From Octopus vulgaris (lineage: Eukaryota), in the NCBI GenBank assembly GCA_951406725.2, contig OX597818.1, forward strand, positions 40,982,001-41,046,000: DNA of 64,000 nucleotides, read 5' to 3'. Positions 14,840 through 29,515 of this stretch are shown here, in pieces. Under the pieces are notes generated by a model. It searched no databases, was not told the DNA's origin, and worked only from the letters and a program-made list of their open reading frames with translations. How positions within the stretch are numbered: position 1 is the stretch's first letter; each line of letters begins with the position of its first letter. A program made the translations under genes and the position numbers.

Positions 14840-15061
14840 ACTCACATTAAAATAGAAAACAAAAAACAGTTATTTAGCCTTATAAAAAACGGTTTCTGTT
14901 GACCCTGGGTATCTATATATGATTTTAGGGGTCTACGGAAGCAGTATAGTAAATTAGGAGTTCACGGTAAGTTTTCATTGGTTTTACATCCAAAATGCAC
15001 AAACTATTTCAACAATTTTTATACAAGTCCTAATAATATTTAATTATAAAAATACAATAGG

Positions 15062-15116
<55 letters not shown>

Positions 15117-16568
15117 TGTGTATGTGTATACGTGCGTACTTATGCACATTTATATATGGATCGGTGGATGGATGGATGGATGGATGGATGGATGGATGGA
15201 TGGATGGATGGATAAATGGACAGAGAGAGACGGCTTAGTATTTGCCGATATATTGAAGAAATGAGATGTTGGAGCATTGAAGTATGTATATATAATGTGC
15301 TGGAACTAAATATGAGCAAATAACCAAAGACTTTCAAGTTCGAAACCGTGTTGGAAGTACGGTGAAAATGCTCACAAACTACAGTTATGCTAACACATTT
15401 CAAAAATATAGATACGATATCAGGACGACAACATAAGAATAAAAATGTAAGCACTAAGAAAGAATCATTATTTTGAAATATCTCATAGTGTCTCTATGAA
15501 GAAAACGTTAATATTCGTTTATCGGGAAATGTTCGTTTATCAGATACACCATCAAATAACTGTTGATCGATTAAATGTTACGTATAAAGTTTGAATTGGC
15601 TCGAGGCCAGAATAGAGTGTTTTAAATGATTTAGCAAACGATCGCCTTACACAAAACAAATTCAATAAATAGAACAAACAGACAATAATAAAATAGGAAG
15701 GAATCTAAATGAAAACCACTTATCTTTCGTTATTGTTATTTTATTCATAAAGACAGATAGAAAAATAACCTCGCAGGGAAATGCTTAGCTGAAAATCTGT
15801 TCAGGTTGCCTTCACGGGAACGTAGGAAAGTTATTCTATTCAAGACTGTATTATGTCTCTGAAAGTATTTCATATGAAACCCGAATATCCTCCGGGATGT
15901 TGATCTAAAGCAAAGAGATCAATGGCGTAAAAATAAGAATAACAGCATTCAAGGGAGAGCACTCGAATAATCTTAAGCTGAATAATCTTATGCTGAGAAA
16001 GAAAAGGAGAGACAGATAGAGAGAAAAATGGGGCTAAATTGAATTTGTAAATTCGTGTTGGGGGAAAGAGCACAAACATTCGAGATTGCGACGTATTCGG
16101 CGCTATACGGCTGTTTTGTAGGAATAGTGAAAGTAGATCGTGCACGAGAATTGGAATGGCCTGTCAAATGTCATATTGCGAATTTAACGTTTAGTCGTAA
16201 TCAGGAACTTGATACTTGACCTTTTGAAATATTCGCTTGATCTGGCAATGTGCAGTCATGTAAGTTTACTTATTAGTATACACGTCACTAAGTAACCCTG
16301 TCAATGAACATTGAACATCTAGCAATATACGATATTAGTACGCCATATCTTCCGAGCAATAAAATATAATACACGGATCATCAAAATGTAAAGAGGATCG
16401 AAAATACATACATACATACATACATACTTACATACATACATACATGCATACATACATACATAAATACGTGCGTACGTAGATACATTATATATATAAATGT
16501 GCGTGTGTATATTTTTGTATGGATATATATATATATATACATTCATACATACGTACATACATACATAC

Positions 16569-16599
<31 letters not shown>

Positions 16600-16646
16600 T
16601 GTATATATATATGTATATATACATGCATACATATATATATATATAC

Positions 16647-16720
<74 letters not shown>

Positions 16721-17560
16721 ATGTATATATACATTCACACATACAGATAAGTTTACATCACAAAGTCACAACAATTGGGAGATTTCAGTCAAACCATTTT
16801 CTTTAAAAAGAAAAACAAAACAAAACAAAAAACAGAAAAGACATGAAAGGTTGCTATATTTGTATTAGGAATTTAGTTAAGAGTGCTTCATCTCCAAACA
16901 ACATTCCGATAAAGACGCTGACATTTTGAGGATAAGAAATACTTCCGGTCTCCATAAAGAGTCATTGATCTCCTTCAAAATCACTCAATTCAGCCAATTC
17001 TATTAGAGTCTAATGCTATCTGGTTGTCGATGGAACTGAGCCGGCGGCGGCGGCAATGTGGAGGAAGATGGTGGTGGTTGTGGTGGTGGTGGTGGTGGTG
17101 GTCGTCGTCGTCGTGGCTGTGGTGATTGCGGTGATGGTATTGTTGTCGGACGTTTTCATGATTATTATGGTCTGTGAGTTTATGGTTGTATGTCTCCTTG
17201 TACCGTTAACTGGAATACGAAAGTGTAATACAGTGAGTTACGAAAACTTCGTTGAACAGATACTATCCTACATTTTAAAAAAGAACATTTTGGAAGGGTT
17301 TAAATTTTAGAAACAACAACATATAACACTGATAACTCCAATAAGATCAATTGGTCTAATTCTTTATACGATATAAACAATTTAAAATAGTCTTTAAACA
17401 CCCAAAGAGGAAAAGACTCCTTTTATTTTTGTCTGCGAATTACTTGGAGATGTTTTTTTATGGACCGAAATCATTTAACTCAACATATTACATATGTGAG
17501 GCTCTGTTTTTTTGTACTTAGAATACAAAACTCCAGGCTTATTGCCTCTTGTCATGTATT

Positions 17561-17742
17561 TAATATTCCTAATCAGCCCTCTATACACTGCCTGCATATC
17601 AATATGTATAGAAGGCTGATTATAATATTCATAATTAGCCACCTCTAATATTTATAATAAGCCTTCTCTACATACCTACTTATCTATATTTTATAAAGGA
17701 GTGGTTATAAATATTTAATATTCATAATTACCCCTCTATATA
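17561..17742. repeat. Degenerate minisatellite, core aatattcataattagcc
   Basis: About four irregularly spaced, imperfect copies. Confidence 0.55.
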
Positions 17743-18237
17743 TTCCCTCTCTTTCAATATCTATTGATCATTCTTCACATACGTAATACATCTTCACGCA
17801 CATAAACTTGCATCATAATACACATGCACATAATATACATGCGCACACATATATGCGGACGTGTTTGCAAGCATTCACACATGCACCTAGGTCAGTTTCT
17901 CAATCTCTAACCGCACACACATTAGCCATCATTTTCTATCTTTCTTTAAAATCTTTTAACATTAAATGCCATGTATAGGTCAAGACTTCCGCTCAAATAA
18001 TTTTGCCTGCTTTCTTTTTCTGGTTTAATTCCCCTTTTTAAAGAGACATTTTCCCTCCGTTTATGTTTATACTGTTTTTTTAAGCTAGAAGCACCAGTTG
18101 ATCGCCCGTTACCTGCTTACTTCCACTCATACTCACATCACTGACTTATAAAGCTTTACTTTCACTTTCCTTTCCAGTTCATTTTATTTTCCCGCTCACT
18201 TTACTTTTTTTTCTTTTCGCATTTTTCATTGTCATTC

Positions 18238-18271
<34 letters not shown>

Positions 18272-20511
18272 CTCCCTTCTCCCTTCTGTTGCTATTCAAT
18301 TGTATTTACCTTGGATCTCAAAAGATATCCAAATAAAGCCAATTAACTATCATTCCTCTTTCTTTCTCCATGCTTGTCGACTGCTTCTCGTCACGAAGAG
18401 GTCCCTGCTTGTTGAATGCTAACATACTTAAGCCAATTCTTCTTCTTGGATTCGAATTTGACAGCAATTTTTGCATGCATTGACGGAGGTGGTGATGATG
18501 ATGATGACGACAACGACGACGACGACGACGATATGCTAGCTTGTTGTTTTGTTGGCACTCTTTTTATTTTTCTAACCACTTCCTTTCCGGAATCATACAA
18601 TGTCTGAAATTGCAAATTTAAAACTAAAATGCACAACCCTTTGCTTTAATCATTCAACGTATGGGTAGTGTGAACGAGCGTGCAGAGAATGCATGCATAT
18701 GTGTGTATGTGCGTTCATGTGTGTGTCTGACTGAGTGAGACAGATTGTTTACCATTATTCTCGTGTGAGTGTGTGAGTATATGTGTGAATGTGTGCGAAG
18801 TGAGTGGTTTTGTTTGCTTAAATTGAATCGTACGTATTTTCTGAATTGTTTAGTGATTTTGTCAATTCTTTCTCGTGGGAGGTTCAATTCTTTATTAAAA
18901 GAAGGTCCTGCTGTCTTAAAGTTCCGATTATATGCATACCACATCTTTTTAGTTATATTTCTTTTCCTTTTCTTTTTTGTATACATGTAAACACATATTC
19001 CCAGACATACGAATACAGATATGTATAGGGTTCTACAAAACAGAAATTTTAGTGATATATTAATATAACTTCAGAGAGGACTAACCTGGAAACAACAATC
19101 ACCTCGGTGTATTTGGAATATAAATCAAACGATCTCAGAAACAAAAATAACTATACAAGCAAATTTCATTGCGCCATAAGGTAAAAAAAACAAAATAGTG
19201 CTCAATATTTCGGGTGTACGCTCTTCATCAAAAGACAGAATAACTGAATGGTGTTTTTTTAGCAGGATTTGATCGTAGTACTTCATCAAGAAACAGAATA
19301 TAGACATCAAGGATCTCGTACATTTTCGTCGGTATTTATTTGATATAATTTTGTATATGTACCTGGAATGTTATAAGCTTGCATATCTTAAAATAGGTCC
19401 TACAGTTTCTGCGTGGAATACAATATTGCTGATGTGTATTTCACATATTATTCATCACGTAGTGTTACTTTTTTTTATATATAGTTTCATTCCTGATACA
19501 GTATCATTTCTCACATTTTGTTCCTCCTAACATAATATGATTTACCAGATGGTGCATTTACTCGTTGTCCACCACTAAGGCGCGAACAGCCATGCGTTCA
19601 AATATGAGCAACAAATAAACACTGACTACAAACACCAAAGGTAATCACATAGTGCGCAATTGTTATACTATAGTAATTACCTTTAATCACATAGAGTTAT
19701 AGCAATCTAGTGTTTGTTTTTCCTTCTTCAATCTGTTGTCTTCCTTTTGGCACATGTCACGCCCCGGGATCGAATATTTGAATTGTGTGCCGAGTAGCTA
19801 TATAATTTGTCACACAACAAATTAAACAAATATTATATTGTCTAATAAACGAATTTTATCGATTCAGAGCGGAAAAATCTCTTTAGTCTTTGTTAGTTTG
19901 CAGGTCAATAGATGGATCGATAACGCAAAACAAAATCCTAATGGATGGTATATCTGCCCTGACATCAATGGAAACACTCATTAGCGTTCAGCGTGTTTGT
20001 CTCTTTTTGCAATTGTATATGTTTATTTGTATTTCTGTTTCTATGTGTGCATGTGTATGAGCGGATTTAGGTAAATGCGAGCATGCGTGTGCGCGCATAG
20101 AAAAAGAGGAAAGTGTTGTAGGTTTCTAATGGTTCGTCGTCGATGCAAGCGGCCGGTAGTAAAATATGGCGTAGTTAATTGTAATGAAGTGGACAGGAAA
20201 TAAACGGACACATTTCGTAATTCCTGCATTCGGAAAGTATGCAATTTTCCCGGGTAAAAGTATTTACATGAAATGTTGCGTAAAAGAGCAGCCTTAAATG
20301 GCGTTCTCAGAAATCCACCTTTACGGTTTGCGCTGATAGGGTCACACACTTTATAGAGTTGAATACAGTAAATGGAATTAAAACAGGCTCTTCAAAGGCT
20401 CCACCAGGAAGAAATGTTGAATTCGTATGCTTAATCCAAAGCCAGTCGGTACGATAGATCCTTGTGGTACGTTATAAGCAAGGTAACAAAACATGCTCCT
20501 ACGCCTATACA

Positions 20512-20694
20512 TAGGCGTAGGAGTGGCTGTGTGGTAAGTAGCTTGCTAACCAACCACATGGTCCCGGGTTCAGTCCCACAGCGTGGTACCTGGGCCAAGT
20601 GTCTTCTACTATAGCCTCGGGCCAACCAAAACCTTGTGAGTGGATTTGGTAGACGGAAATTGAAAGAAGCCCGTCGTATATATATGTATATATG

Positions 20695-20761
<67 letters not shown>

Positions 20762-20975
20762 TTGTGTATGTGTTTATACCCACAACATCGCTTGACAACC
20801 GATGCTAGTGTGTTTACGTCCCCGTAACTTTGCGGTTCGGCAAAACAGAACGATAGAATAAGTATTAGGTTTACAAAGAATAAGACCTGGGGTCGATTTG
20901 CTCGACTAAAGGCGGTGCTCCAGCATGGCCACAGTCAAATAACTGAAACAAATAAAAGAGTAAATAGTAAAGAGA
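20512..20975 (+). mobile_element. Full-length tRNA-derived SINE family B
   Basis: A-box tggctgtgtgg, B-box ggttcagtccc, internal (TG)n, CR1-like tail ggcggtgctccagcatggccacagtc..ctgaaac. Confidence 0.9.
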
Positions 20976-21069
20976 GAAGGGATTCTTTCGAAGAATAGAA
21001 GTTCGTCACTTTTCGCTGCAAGTTTCACATCCTTCGCCAATGTAAATCGGTGCAAAATGCACACGCACG

Positions 21070-21137
<68 letters not shown>

Positions 21138-21434
21138 CGTTGACACGCATGCTGGAAGACATCTGCACAGTTTCCGTCAAGTAACTTGCACTCAAGTGGA
21201 ATTGGTCAACTCGCTCGAAATGATGCACAGTGGAATCACACCCGGAACCACATACTTCCGAAACGAACTTTTGAAATATAATTCTCAAACTGCTTGCGTG
21301 TGATGGTTAAGGGCACATAAGAGTGCTCTTCTAGGGATACTCTTGGGTGCGCTTAGCCGTCGCTCGCAATCGAGTATGATTCAATAGACAGCACCATGCT
21401 TTCGCTAATAATTTTAATTAGCTTTGTAATCATA

Positions 21435-21667
21435 CGCAGATGCGACACCCTGTCGGCCTGCCCATCGGAAATAATATCACAGCTGGGGAGAGAGATCGAG
21501 CTCCGCCAACACCCAGCCGGTACTCAATTTTAGCTGGGTAGACTAAAACAACTGAAGGTGATGGTGTTTTGCTCCCGCACAAAATGCGCCATCCGGTCCA
21601 GGAATCGAACCCACGACCCTGCAATTGTGAGTCCAACCCCGCTATCCACTAGACTACTCATCTCCAT
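21435..21667 (-). mobile_element. tRNA-derived SINE family D, diverged
   Basis: Minus strand: tagtctagtgg..gggttcgattcctggaccgg..ctacccagctaaaattgagtacc; related to 26653 and 42905. Confidence 0.7.
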
Positions 21668-22184
21668 CAGCATATAAGTCATGTATTACAATCTTATGTA
21701 ATAAGCACTATGTCTAAAATTCGTAACTGACAGTTTGTTTAGCAAAGCATTATGAGCTGACTGGGGTAAGTATAATATAATGCTGTTTGTGTTATTCCTA
21801 TTGTTTATATTCTAAATAGAAATATTTCTTTTTTCCAGTCTCATGTGATTTGGTGAAAAGAGACAAGTAACAGGTAAGGAAAAATAGTTCTCTTTCATGT
21901 GCTTTAAATAACACACACACGCCTACATAATTAGGATTCAGTTGAATTAGGTACTTATTTTGAGACACCAAGTTAGCCCGGTAGTGTCCGCCCAGCTCGA
22001 AGTTAGGTGAATAAAGAGCAAATAAGTAACATGGACATACCCGGAGATACAATACTTGGAAATCTTTGTTAATTATTTGCTTCAGATATATATACATCCA
22101 TCAGGTCAATTAAATAAAGTCCTGGATTCATTGTAATCGATCGACTAAACTCCAACTCCAAAAGTTTATTTCGTCTCCTTTACA

Positions 22185-23194
22185 GGGCTGAGGTCCTGGG
22201 CTAAGAAAAGACCGAGCATAGGCGCCTGGCATCTAGGATGTTGTCAGGCTCCCACATCCCTCTATAAGTCGGGTAATCGGATCGGTGGATGTCCCGTTTT
22301 AGTAATTTATAAAGGATTTGTGGCGGGGAGTTGCGACGACTTTCTCGGGGGAGACTCTGGGCGCCGACGAGAGCGAACTGGCTAGTCTGTTCAGGAGGAC
22401 TTTCCGGTCGGGAACTATCATGGATATTTTCCAGATATCCTTGACCTGGCAGTGCTACCGGGAATTGGGGGCATTACCAGTTCGAGATAAACTCTACAGG
22501 CATAGATGTGCTGTCAGACGGGCTTGTCTGAGGTGCGCGCAGAGTGACGAAACTATTCTGCATCCCCTCGTTCAGTATCCGGGCAGTGCTGACTTGTGGG
22601 GTTATATCGAACATTTACTGTCACGTGTGGGACGGATCTGTCTGTCGGTCGAGTCGGTAGTGATGATCGCCCCACCGCCTCCTTCAATCGGACAGGCAAA
22701 GCAGTTTTTCTTTGCCTGGTGGCTGTGGCGAAAGAGGTTGTTTGGTGGACAAGGCTGAAATGCATGAGGACAGATACATTCCGCTTTGGTAGAGCTCTCA
22801 TTGACTTCTTAAAGTTTTACTTGAAAAGGAATTGAGAGTGGAGTGTGAAGTGCAGTCCTCGAATGAGTTTACTGAAAGGTGGGTGAAAGTTGCTAAAAGG
22901 GCAATAGTGGATGGTACCTCCCTAAGTGTAGACCTGTGAGTCGGAGCGAAGCAATTGGAGAGGGCACTTGCGCTTGGTGTTTCAGGGAAATCTCGGACAG
23001 CGGGGTTTCTCGATTATCCCTACAGGCTTTCCTGTATCAGGAGAACAACATCTCTCTCATCCTCCTCGCCACTTTTTTTTTCAATTTGTGTATCTTGTGT
23101 ATATATACACTTTTTCAGTGTATACTGTGTATACTTACTAAACCCCAACACTTTTTGTATTGTCCACCTTCGCCCTTGTGGCAAATAAAGGAAA

Positions 23195-23195
<1 letters not shown>
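22185..23195 (+). mobile_element. 5'-truncated L1/Tx1-clade LINE: ORF2 C-terminal zinc-binding (zf-RVT-like) region, 3'UTR, then (ATT)n
   Basis: W..YRE..LPVRDKL....C..C..SDETILH, continuing after frameshifts as AVAKEVVWWTR..FYLKR..ERW. 3' end gcccttgtggcaaataaaggaaa followed by (ATT)n. Confidence 0.85.
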
Positions 23196-23261
<66 letters not shown>

Positions 23262-23265
<4 letters not shown>

Positions 23266-23395
23266 TCCACCAAGGTCGGCTTTGCCTTTCATCTTTTCGG
23301 AGTCGATTAAACAAGTACCAGTTACGCGCTGGAGTCGATGTAATCGATTTAATCCTTTCCCCTAAATTTGAGGCCTTGTGCTTCCAGTAGAGAGG

Positions 23396-23457
<62 letters not shown>

Positions 23458-23878
23458 AAAGGTATGACATGCTAATTTAATTAGCAGGGATACCATCCTG
23501 AGGTTTACGTTCTGAGTCCAAATTCTGCAGAGTTCAACTTTGCATTTCATTCTTCTGGAATCGATAAAATAGTACCAGTTAAGTAATGAGGTTTATGCGA
23601 TCGACTAGCCCCATCATCCATAATTTCAGACCTTGCTCCTATAGTTAAAAGGATTCTTATATCAATGATTAAGGCGGTGAGCCCGTACAATCTTTAAAGC
23701 ATCGGTCAAAATGTTCAGCGACATTTCTTCCAGCTCTTTACATATTGCGTTCAAAAACCACTAAAATCAACTTTTCCTTTCATCATCTCAATAAAATAAG
23801 TATTAATTGGTCACCGGAGTTGATCTAATTTCCTAACCCATTCCCCCTAAAATTACTTGTGTCCAAATTTGAAACCAT
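23262..23878 (+). mobile_element. Cluster of three SINE family C fragments (about 23262-23398, 23500-23655, 23670-23878) interleaved with (ATT)n
   Basis: Repeated aaattc..gtc(g/a)actttgcctttcatc..gtaccagtt..gtcgat motifs. Confidence 0.7.
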
Positions 23879-25506
23879 TATCAATAGTTATGTTCAGCAA
23901 ACTAATCACTGGACTTCCTCAGCAGAAACGAAATACTTTATATACTTGACTAATATTGAGGTCTGGACGTAGCCAGACAGTATCTTGCCGTTGTTATGAC
24001 TATGTTCACTATGTATTAGTTCCTTATTTAAAAAAATACAGAGAGTTATAAACAGCTTTCAGAAACTATGTGTAATCTATTAGTTGTACGACGCAAAATG
24101 GGGTTCAGAGTTAATTTTACATAATTGGCTTATTACAGAGATTGAATATAGAGATGCAATTATGGTGTCGTATGTTTAGATCAATGTATGCGAGATTCAG
24201 CGTGCAGCAGATATCATTTTCATCATTATTATGACACAAATTCTTCTATCGCCACGGCCACCGTCACTGACAAATATAATGATAACAATAGTAACAAGAA
24301 CAATTATGATCAGCATCAGCATGGTCATAATTGTTATGATCATACCGAATCCTTTTGGTTCTCTTACAATGTGATGTTGACGCTATTAAGACCATTTACC
24401 AGAACTCGGTCCATATACATAGCATTCAGCTAATTGTATAAATTTACGATCTCATCAACAAACGTGGATTTATAAATATATACTAACACATAAGTACATA
24501 CATGTATGTGTGTGTGTGCGTGTGCGTACGTGTGTGTGTTGTAGGTATGATTAGATGCGCGACTCAGTTTTAAAATGTTTCTTCTTTTTTCTCTTCTTCA
24601 AAAAGAATTCTTAATAGAACCGCTGATACAGAACCGGCCCTTTTTGATTAAATAATTGCTCCAAAAAGCCATTTATTTCTTCTGGCACGAGCAAGACATC
24701 ATCTATATTTGTAACTAGATTGCATTACACATTATTTCTTCTTCACATATAAAACACCTTGATTTATAAAACTTGGCGCTGAATTTGCTTGACGATCCAT
24801 TAGCAACTAGCAGTGATAAATCTGTTTCATCTTGAAAACTACCTCCATCATCATCACCACCACTGCTACCACTAACAACAACAACAAAAACACTGGAGCG
24901 GTCATTTCCTTTGGAAAGCAACGCTTCCGCAATAATATCCTTGGCTGGCACACTTTTCTAAACAAGCTGTCTCTCTACTGGAGTGAAATCTATGCTAGCT
25001 AGATCTTCCTATCAATTACCACTTCTGAAATCGATATGGAATTTGATCCTTCAATGTAGCGTGTCTATAAGACCATTGAATTTAGTTCTACTCGGCGATA
25101 AGTTATTATACTTCGTATCGTAGCTGTGTGATAGCCGACTTTTATTTAATTGCCAACATGCAAATACAAACCACAAACGTTTTGCTGGCCGATTGCGTTC
25201 TACTGCAGATGCGGTCTGTTTTGGACCCAAGCACTTATCTCCCCTTTCGTTCATCTAGCTGTGAAATAAGAAGTAGTACTGTAAGCAGTTTCAGGATCTG
25301 TAGAAGTGTTGTATGGCTGTCCTTGGAAAGACTGCCTTGCAGTATTTATTTTGGTTCTCTTCACTTTGCGTTCAACCACTACGGAAGTCAAGCTGGTCTT
25401 TCTTTTATCGTTTCAGTGGTGATAAATATATTACTAATCCTGCATTGGAGTTAAGTCTTCTAGCCTTCCCTCCATCCCTCCTACCAGCATTCTTTCTTAC
25501 TCACAC

Positions 25507-25576
<70 letters not shown>

Positions 25577-25949
25577 TTCCGATCTTAAAGCATTTAGACT
25601 TATAGTACAAGCTTCGCTCCACCCACTAAACGTGGACCTCGTCCATTGTTTTCTTCTTCTTCTTCTTCTTCTTTTTCTTCTTCTTCCAACCAGGACTCAC
25701 GCCATTAGCCACAAAGTACAATCTCTAATTCGAGCCTGCTCTAAGCTACTAAGAATGCGTGTGGCAACTTGAAGATCCACCTACCACTCGTGATAGACTG
25801 GCGGTTGCACGGGCGCGTAGGCTACGTTGTTATCATCATTCCGTAAACGGTGGCTTTTAACAGGTGGAGAGCTGAATCATCCTGGGGTACAGAAGATTCG
25901 CAATCTAGCCTAGGGTCTGAAAGTTTACACACCAAAGTGGGTACACCAT

Positions 25950-26156
25950 GGTCCCTCTGCTTTGTGGAAGGAGTAGGAAGAAAGAGTGAAAGAAAGTTGT
26001 GGTGAAAGAGTACAGCGGGGTTCACCACCACCTGAGTGTCGTGGAGCTTAGGTGTTTTTGCTCAATAAACACTCACAATGCCTGGTCTGGGAAACGAAAC
26101 CGTGTTCTTACGACCGCAATTCCGCTGCCCTAACTACTGGGCCATTGCGCCTCCAC
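25950..26156 (-). mobile_element. SINE related to family A (variant subfamily)
   Basis: Minus strand gtggaggcgcaatggcccagtagttagggcagcgg..aaaacacctaagctccacg..cacaactttctttcactctttc. Confidence 0.75.
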
Positions 26157-26652
26157 TCCGTTGCTGTACTCATTTGCAGCTGAGTGTAATAGTGCGACGT
26201 GAAATAAAGTACCTTCCTGTACACAATATAACACCACAATAAAGTACACAAACTAAAGTAGAACCCACGGCCTAACATTCATAGGCCCAAAATCTTAACC
26301 ACTGGTCTGCACATCTTCACGTTCATACCTATGATGTCCTATTATATTCTGGGCGGGCGGAAGACTGCATTATCTAATGCGTTAATTATGATGATAGACA
26401 GTGATTTGAATGCGGTTTTGATGCTAATTCTAGCAAGTCGATCGAGAGTATAAAGGCGTCCTTGCTTGCTTACTACCTGAAGTATCATAGGTTATTTTAG
26501 GTAGTAGAGAGATTTCTAGAATCAAAACTGAAAGCCGACTCAATTCTAACTTGAAGTCGCTTCATTTCCTTTATACAGCTCATATTCATGAGATAGATAA
26601 GTGCATTAGATCTTTTCCTGTCATCCTGTAAAATAGAGTATTTATGTTTTGT

Positions 26653-26990
26653 ATGAAGGCGCATGACTCAGTGGTTAGAGCGTCGAGCTTACGATCGTGA
26701 CGTTGTGAGTTCGAATCCCGGACCGGGCTGCGTGTTGTGTTCTCGAGCAAGACACTTTATTTCACGTTGCTCCATTTCACTCAGCTGTAGAAATGAGTTG
26801 CGACGTCACAGATGTCAAGCTGTATAGGAATTTGCTTTTCCCTTGGATAACACTGGTAGCGTGGAGAGGGGAGGCCGGTATGCATGGGCGACTACTGGTC
26901 TTCCACAAACAACCTTGCCTGGACTTGTGCCTGGGAGGGTAACTTTCTAGGTGCAATCCCACGGTTAGTCATGACCGAAGGGCATCTCAG
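26653..26990 (+). mobile_element. tRNA-derived SINE family D with a distinct 3' tail
   Basis: tgactcagtgg A-box, gagttcgaatcc B-box, core cacgttgctcca..cactcagctg..aaatgagt. Confidence 0.8.
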
Positions 26991-27400
26991 CAATGTTTCG
27001 TAATAAACCAAAATATAAAAAAGAAGAAATGAATAATATTTATTATTTAGGTATTTCTGCAGTCAATAGTATTTAGTTCATTAAATAACCAGGAAAAACT
27101 GCATGGAGATTTCCTACTTGTTTCTACTATTGTAAGGGAGAGGTGTTTGCGCTTTTTGGGATATTGTTGGCGAGCTAAACAAGAGCTGCCTATTGACCTG
27201 CCTGTTATGGATGCTAAAGCATGGCTGTACTTGATAGGACGTCTAAACATAACGTAGGTAGATCAGCTCACCAGAGACACTGGATTCCAATCCGAAGACC
27301 TCATTCAAATAATGCAGGACTGAGATGTGATGTGTGGGTTTACAATATCCGAGCAAGGTCGACCAGATGATGAAGCCGAATTATTCAAAAAGCATTAATT

Positions 27401-27844
27401 TACTCTTTTACTTGTTTCAGTCATTTGACTGTGGCCATGCTGGAACACCGCCTTTAGTCGAGCAAATTGACCCCAGGACTTATTCTTTGTAAGCGTAGTA
27501 CTTATTCTATCTTTTGCCGATCCGCTAAGTTACGGAGACGTAAACACACCAGCATCGGTTGTCAAGCGATGTTGGGGGGACAAACACAGACACACAAACA
27601 CACACACACACACACACACATACATACATACATACATACATACATACATACATACATACATACATACATACATACATACATACGACGGGTTTCTTTCAGT
27701 TTCCGTCTGCCAAATCCACTCACAAATTTGGTCGGCCCGAGGCTATAGTAGAAGACACTCGCCGAAGGTGCCACGCAGTGGGACTGAACACGAAACCATG
27801 TGGTTGGTAAGCAAGATACTTACCACACACCCACTCCTACGCCT
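27401..27844 (-). mobile_element. Full-length SINE family B with internal (TATG)n
   Basis: Reverse complement is colinear with 20512-20975. Confidence 0.9.
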
Positions 27845-28866
27845 CGACGAAGTCGACAGTCAGCTAAAGTATTTAAAAATATATTCGAGTGAACCATAAT
27901 TGATATAAAATTGTTGCTTATTAACAAAATTAAGAACATCCATATAGAAATTCGAACTCAAATTGATAGTCTTTTGTCATCGCTATAATCGCCTTTGGCT
28001 TGTTTTTATTGTTTTTATTCATAGTGAGTATTGTTGTTGTTGTTGTTGGTACGGGTAATTTTATTGTTGTTGTTGCTGTTATGAGTAATTTTATTGTTGT
28101 TGTTCTCAAATTATTTGCCATCTCCATTCAACAAAGTAAAATGGAATAAATTTAATCAATAATGTAAATAAGTCAATAATCACAGTGATACAAAACACAA
28201 AGAATTGATTGTTTTGTTAATTAACCATTTTCTATGACTAAATCGAAGAACTGGAATGAGACTGACCACACACACACTCAGTACACTGTCTCCTGCTGTT
28301 ATCGCAGTCTTCATCTTCTTTCACTTCTTTGCCTCCATTTTAAACCAACATTCAATTAAACGATTCGAATTAGATAATATTTACGTTGTAAGTATAATTT
28401 AGACAAAAGTATAATTTTAAAAAATTATTATTTCTTCTATTCGTCATCTTATTTTCTCCTTCTCTTCCCGTCCGTCAGTTCACACACTTACCAAAGTACA
28501 AGAATCAAAAAGCAAATTATATTTTCTTAAGAAAACTATTTCCGTTTCTTTATATAGGTCAATGAATTACTGGAATCATTGACTTAAAAAGCTGAATTTT
28601 AATCTTTCCTTCGGCCTAACAACTTGATTGAAGTACTTAATTGCTGGCGATTATTTAGATAATAAACGTTCCTGTACAAGCTAAATACTTTCAAATAGTC
28701 CCCAAAATTAATATTTAGTCATAAGTATCCCTGCAATAATTAAGTTATGATCTTGTCATAATTTCGTCATGCCATTTTCATGCATTTAAAAGCAATTCTA
28801 TCGTCCAGCAGCTAATTAACTGAAGCTGTTGACATGAAAATGATGCACTTGCAATGCCTTCATTGT

Positions 28867-28912
<46 letters not shown>

Positions 28913-28913
28913 T

Positions 28914-28952
<39 letters not shown>

Positions 28953-28956
<4 letters not shown>

Positions 28957-29141
28957 AGAGTTTACGAAAAAAACAAAAGACGAAGGCAGGTGGTGTACAA
29001 AACAAATAGATGTATTAGTATAACGCTCAGGAATAGAAAAGGTCTTTTACGTTTCGAGCCTACGCTCTTCTACAGAAAGGGACACAGAAAAAACAAGGAG
29101 AGAAAAAATGTGTGTAGTGGCTAACGATCTATCATAGCGGC
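28953..29141 (-). mobile_element. Penelope-like terminal-repeat element (family HH-E) embedded in (TA)n
   Basis: About 190 bp of complex sequence with (TA)n on both sides; contains the hammerhead at 29044-29079. Related fragments at 275-645 and ~3220-3430. Confidence 0.65.
29044..29079 (-). ncRNA. Minimal type-I hammerhead ribozyme with one core substitution
   Basis: Minus strand: CUUU-CUGUAGA-A-GAGC(GUAG)GCUC-GAAAC-GUA-AAAG. Stems I and II are intact; core A6 is U. Confidence 0.7.
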
Positions 29142-29515
29142 TATATATATATATATATATATATACTTACATATTATTTGTAGGTACGTATATGTGAAAG
29201 AGCTATTTTGAAAGTTGTCTTTCAAAATATTGAATTAAGTATCTACAGAACTACAAGGGAGTAAAACAACCTCCTGGATGTTTCCTAAGTTTTATTATTG
29301 GCTAAAATTTTTTTTTAAAAAACCCTTGCTTTGTTTTAAGGTAGCTTATACATTTTTTGACATCAATCTAAATATATCGCAGAGTGTTGTGAGAAAATAG
29401 ATAAGCTCTCAACCGAAAGGATGACTTTTTTTCTGTTCTCGGTGATTCTTCTCAGTCGACAAGAGCTGCTGATGTCAAACAGAAACGCATAAACACCTCA
29501 ATATTCTTTATATGT

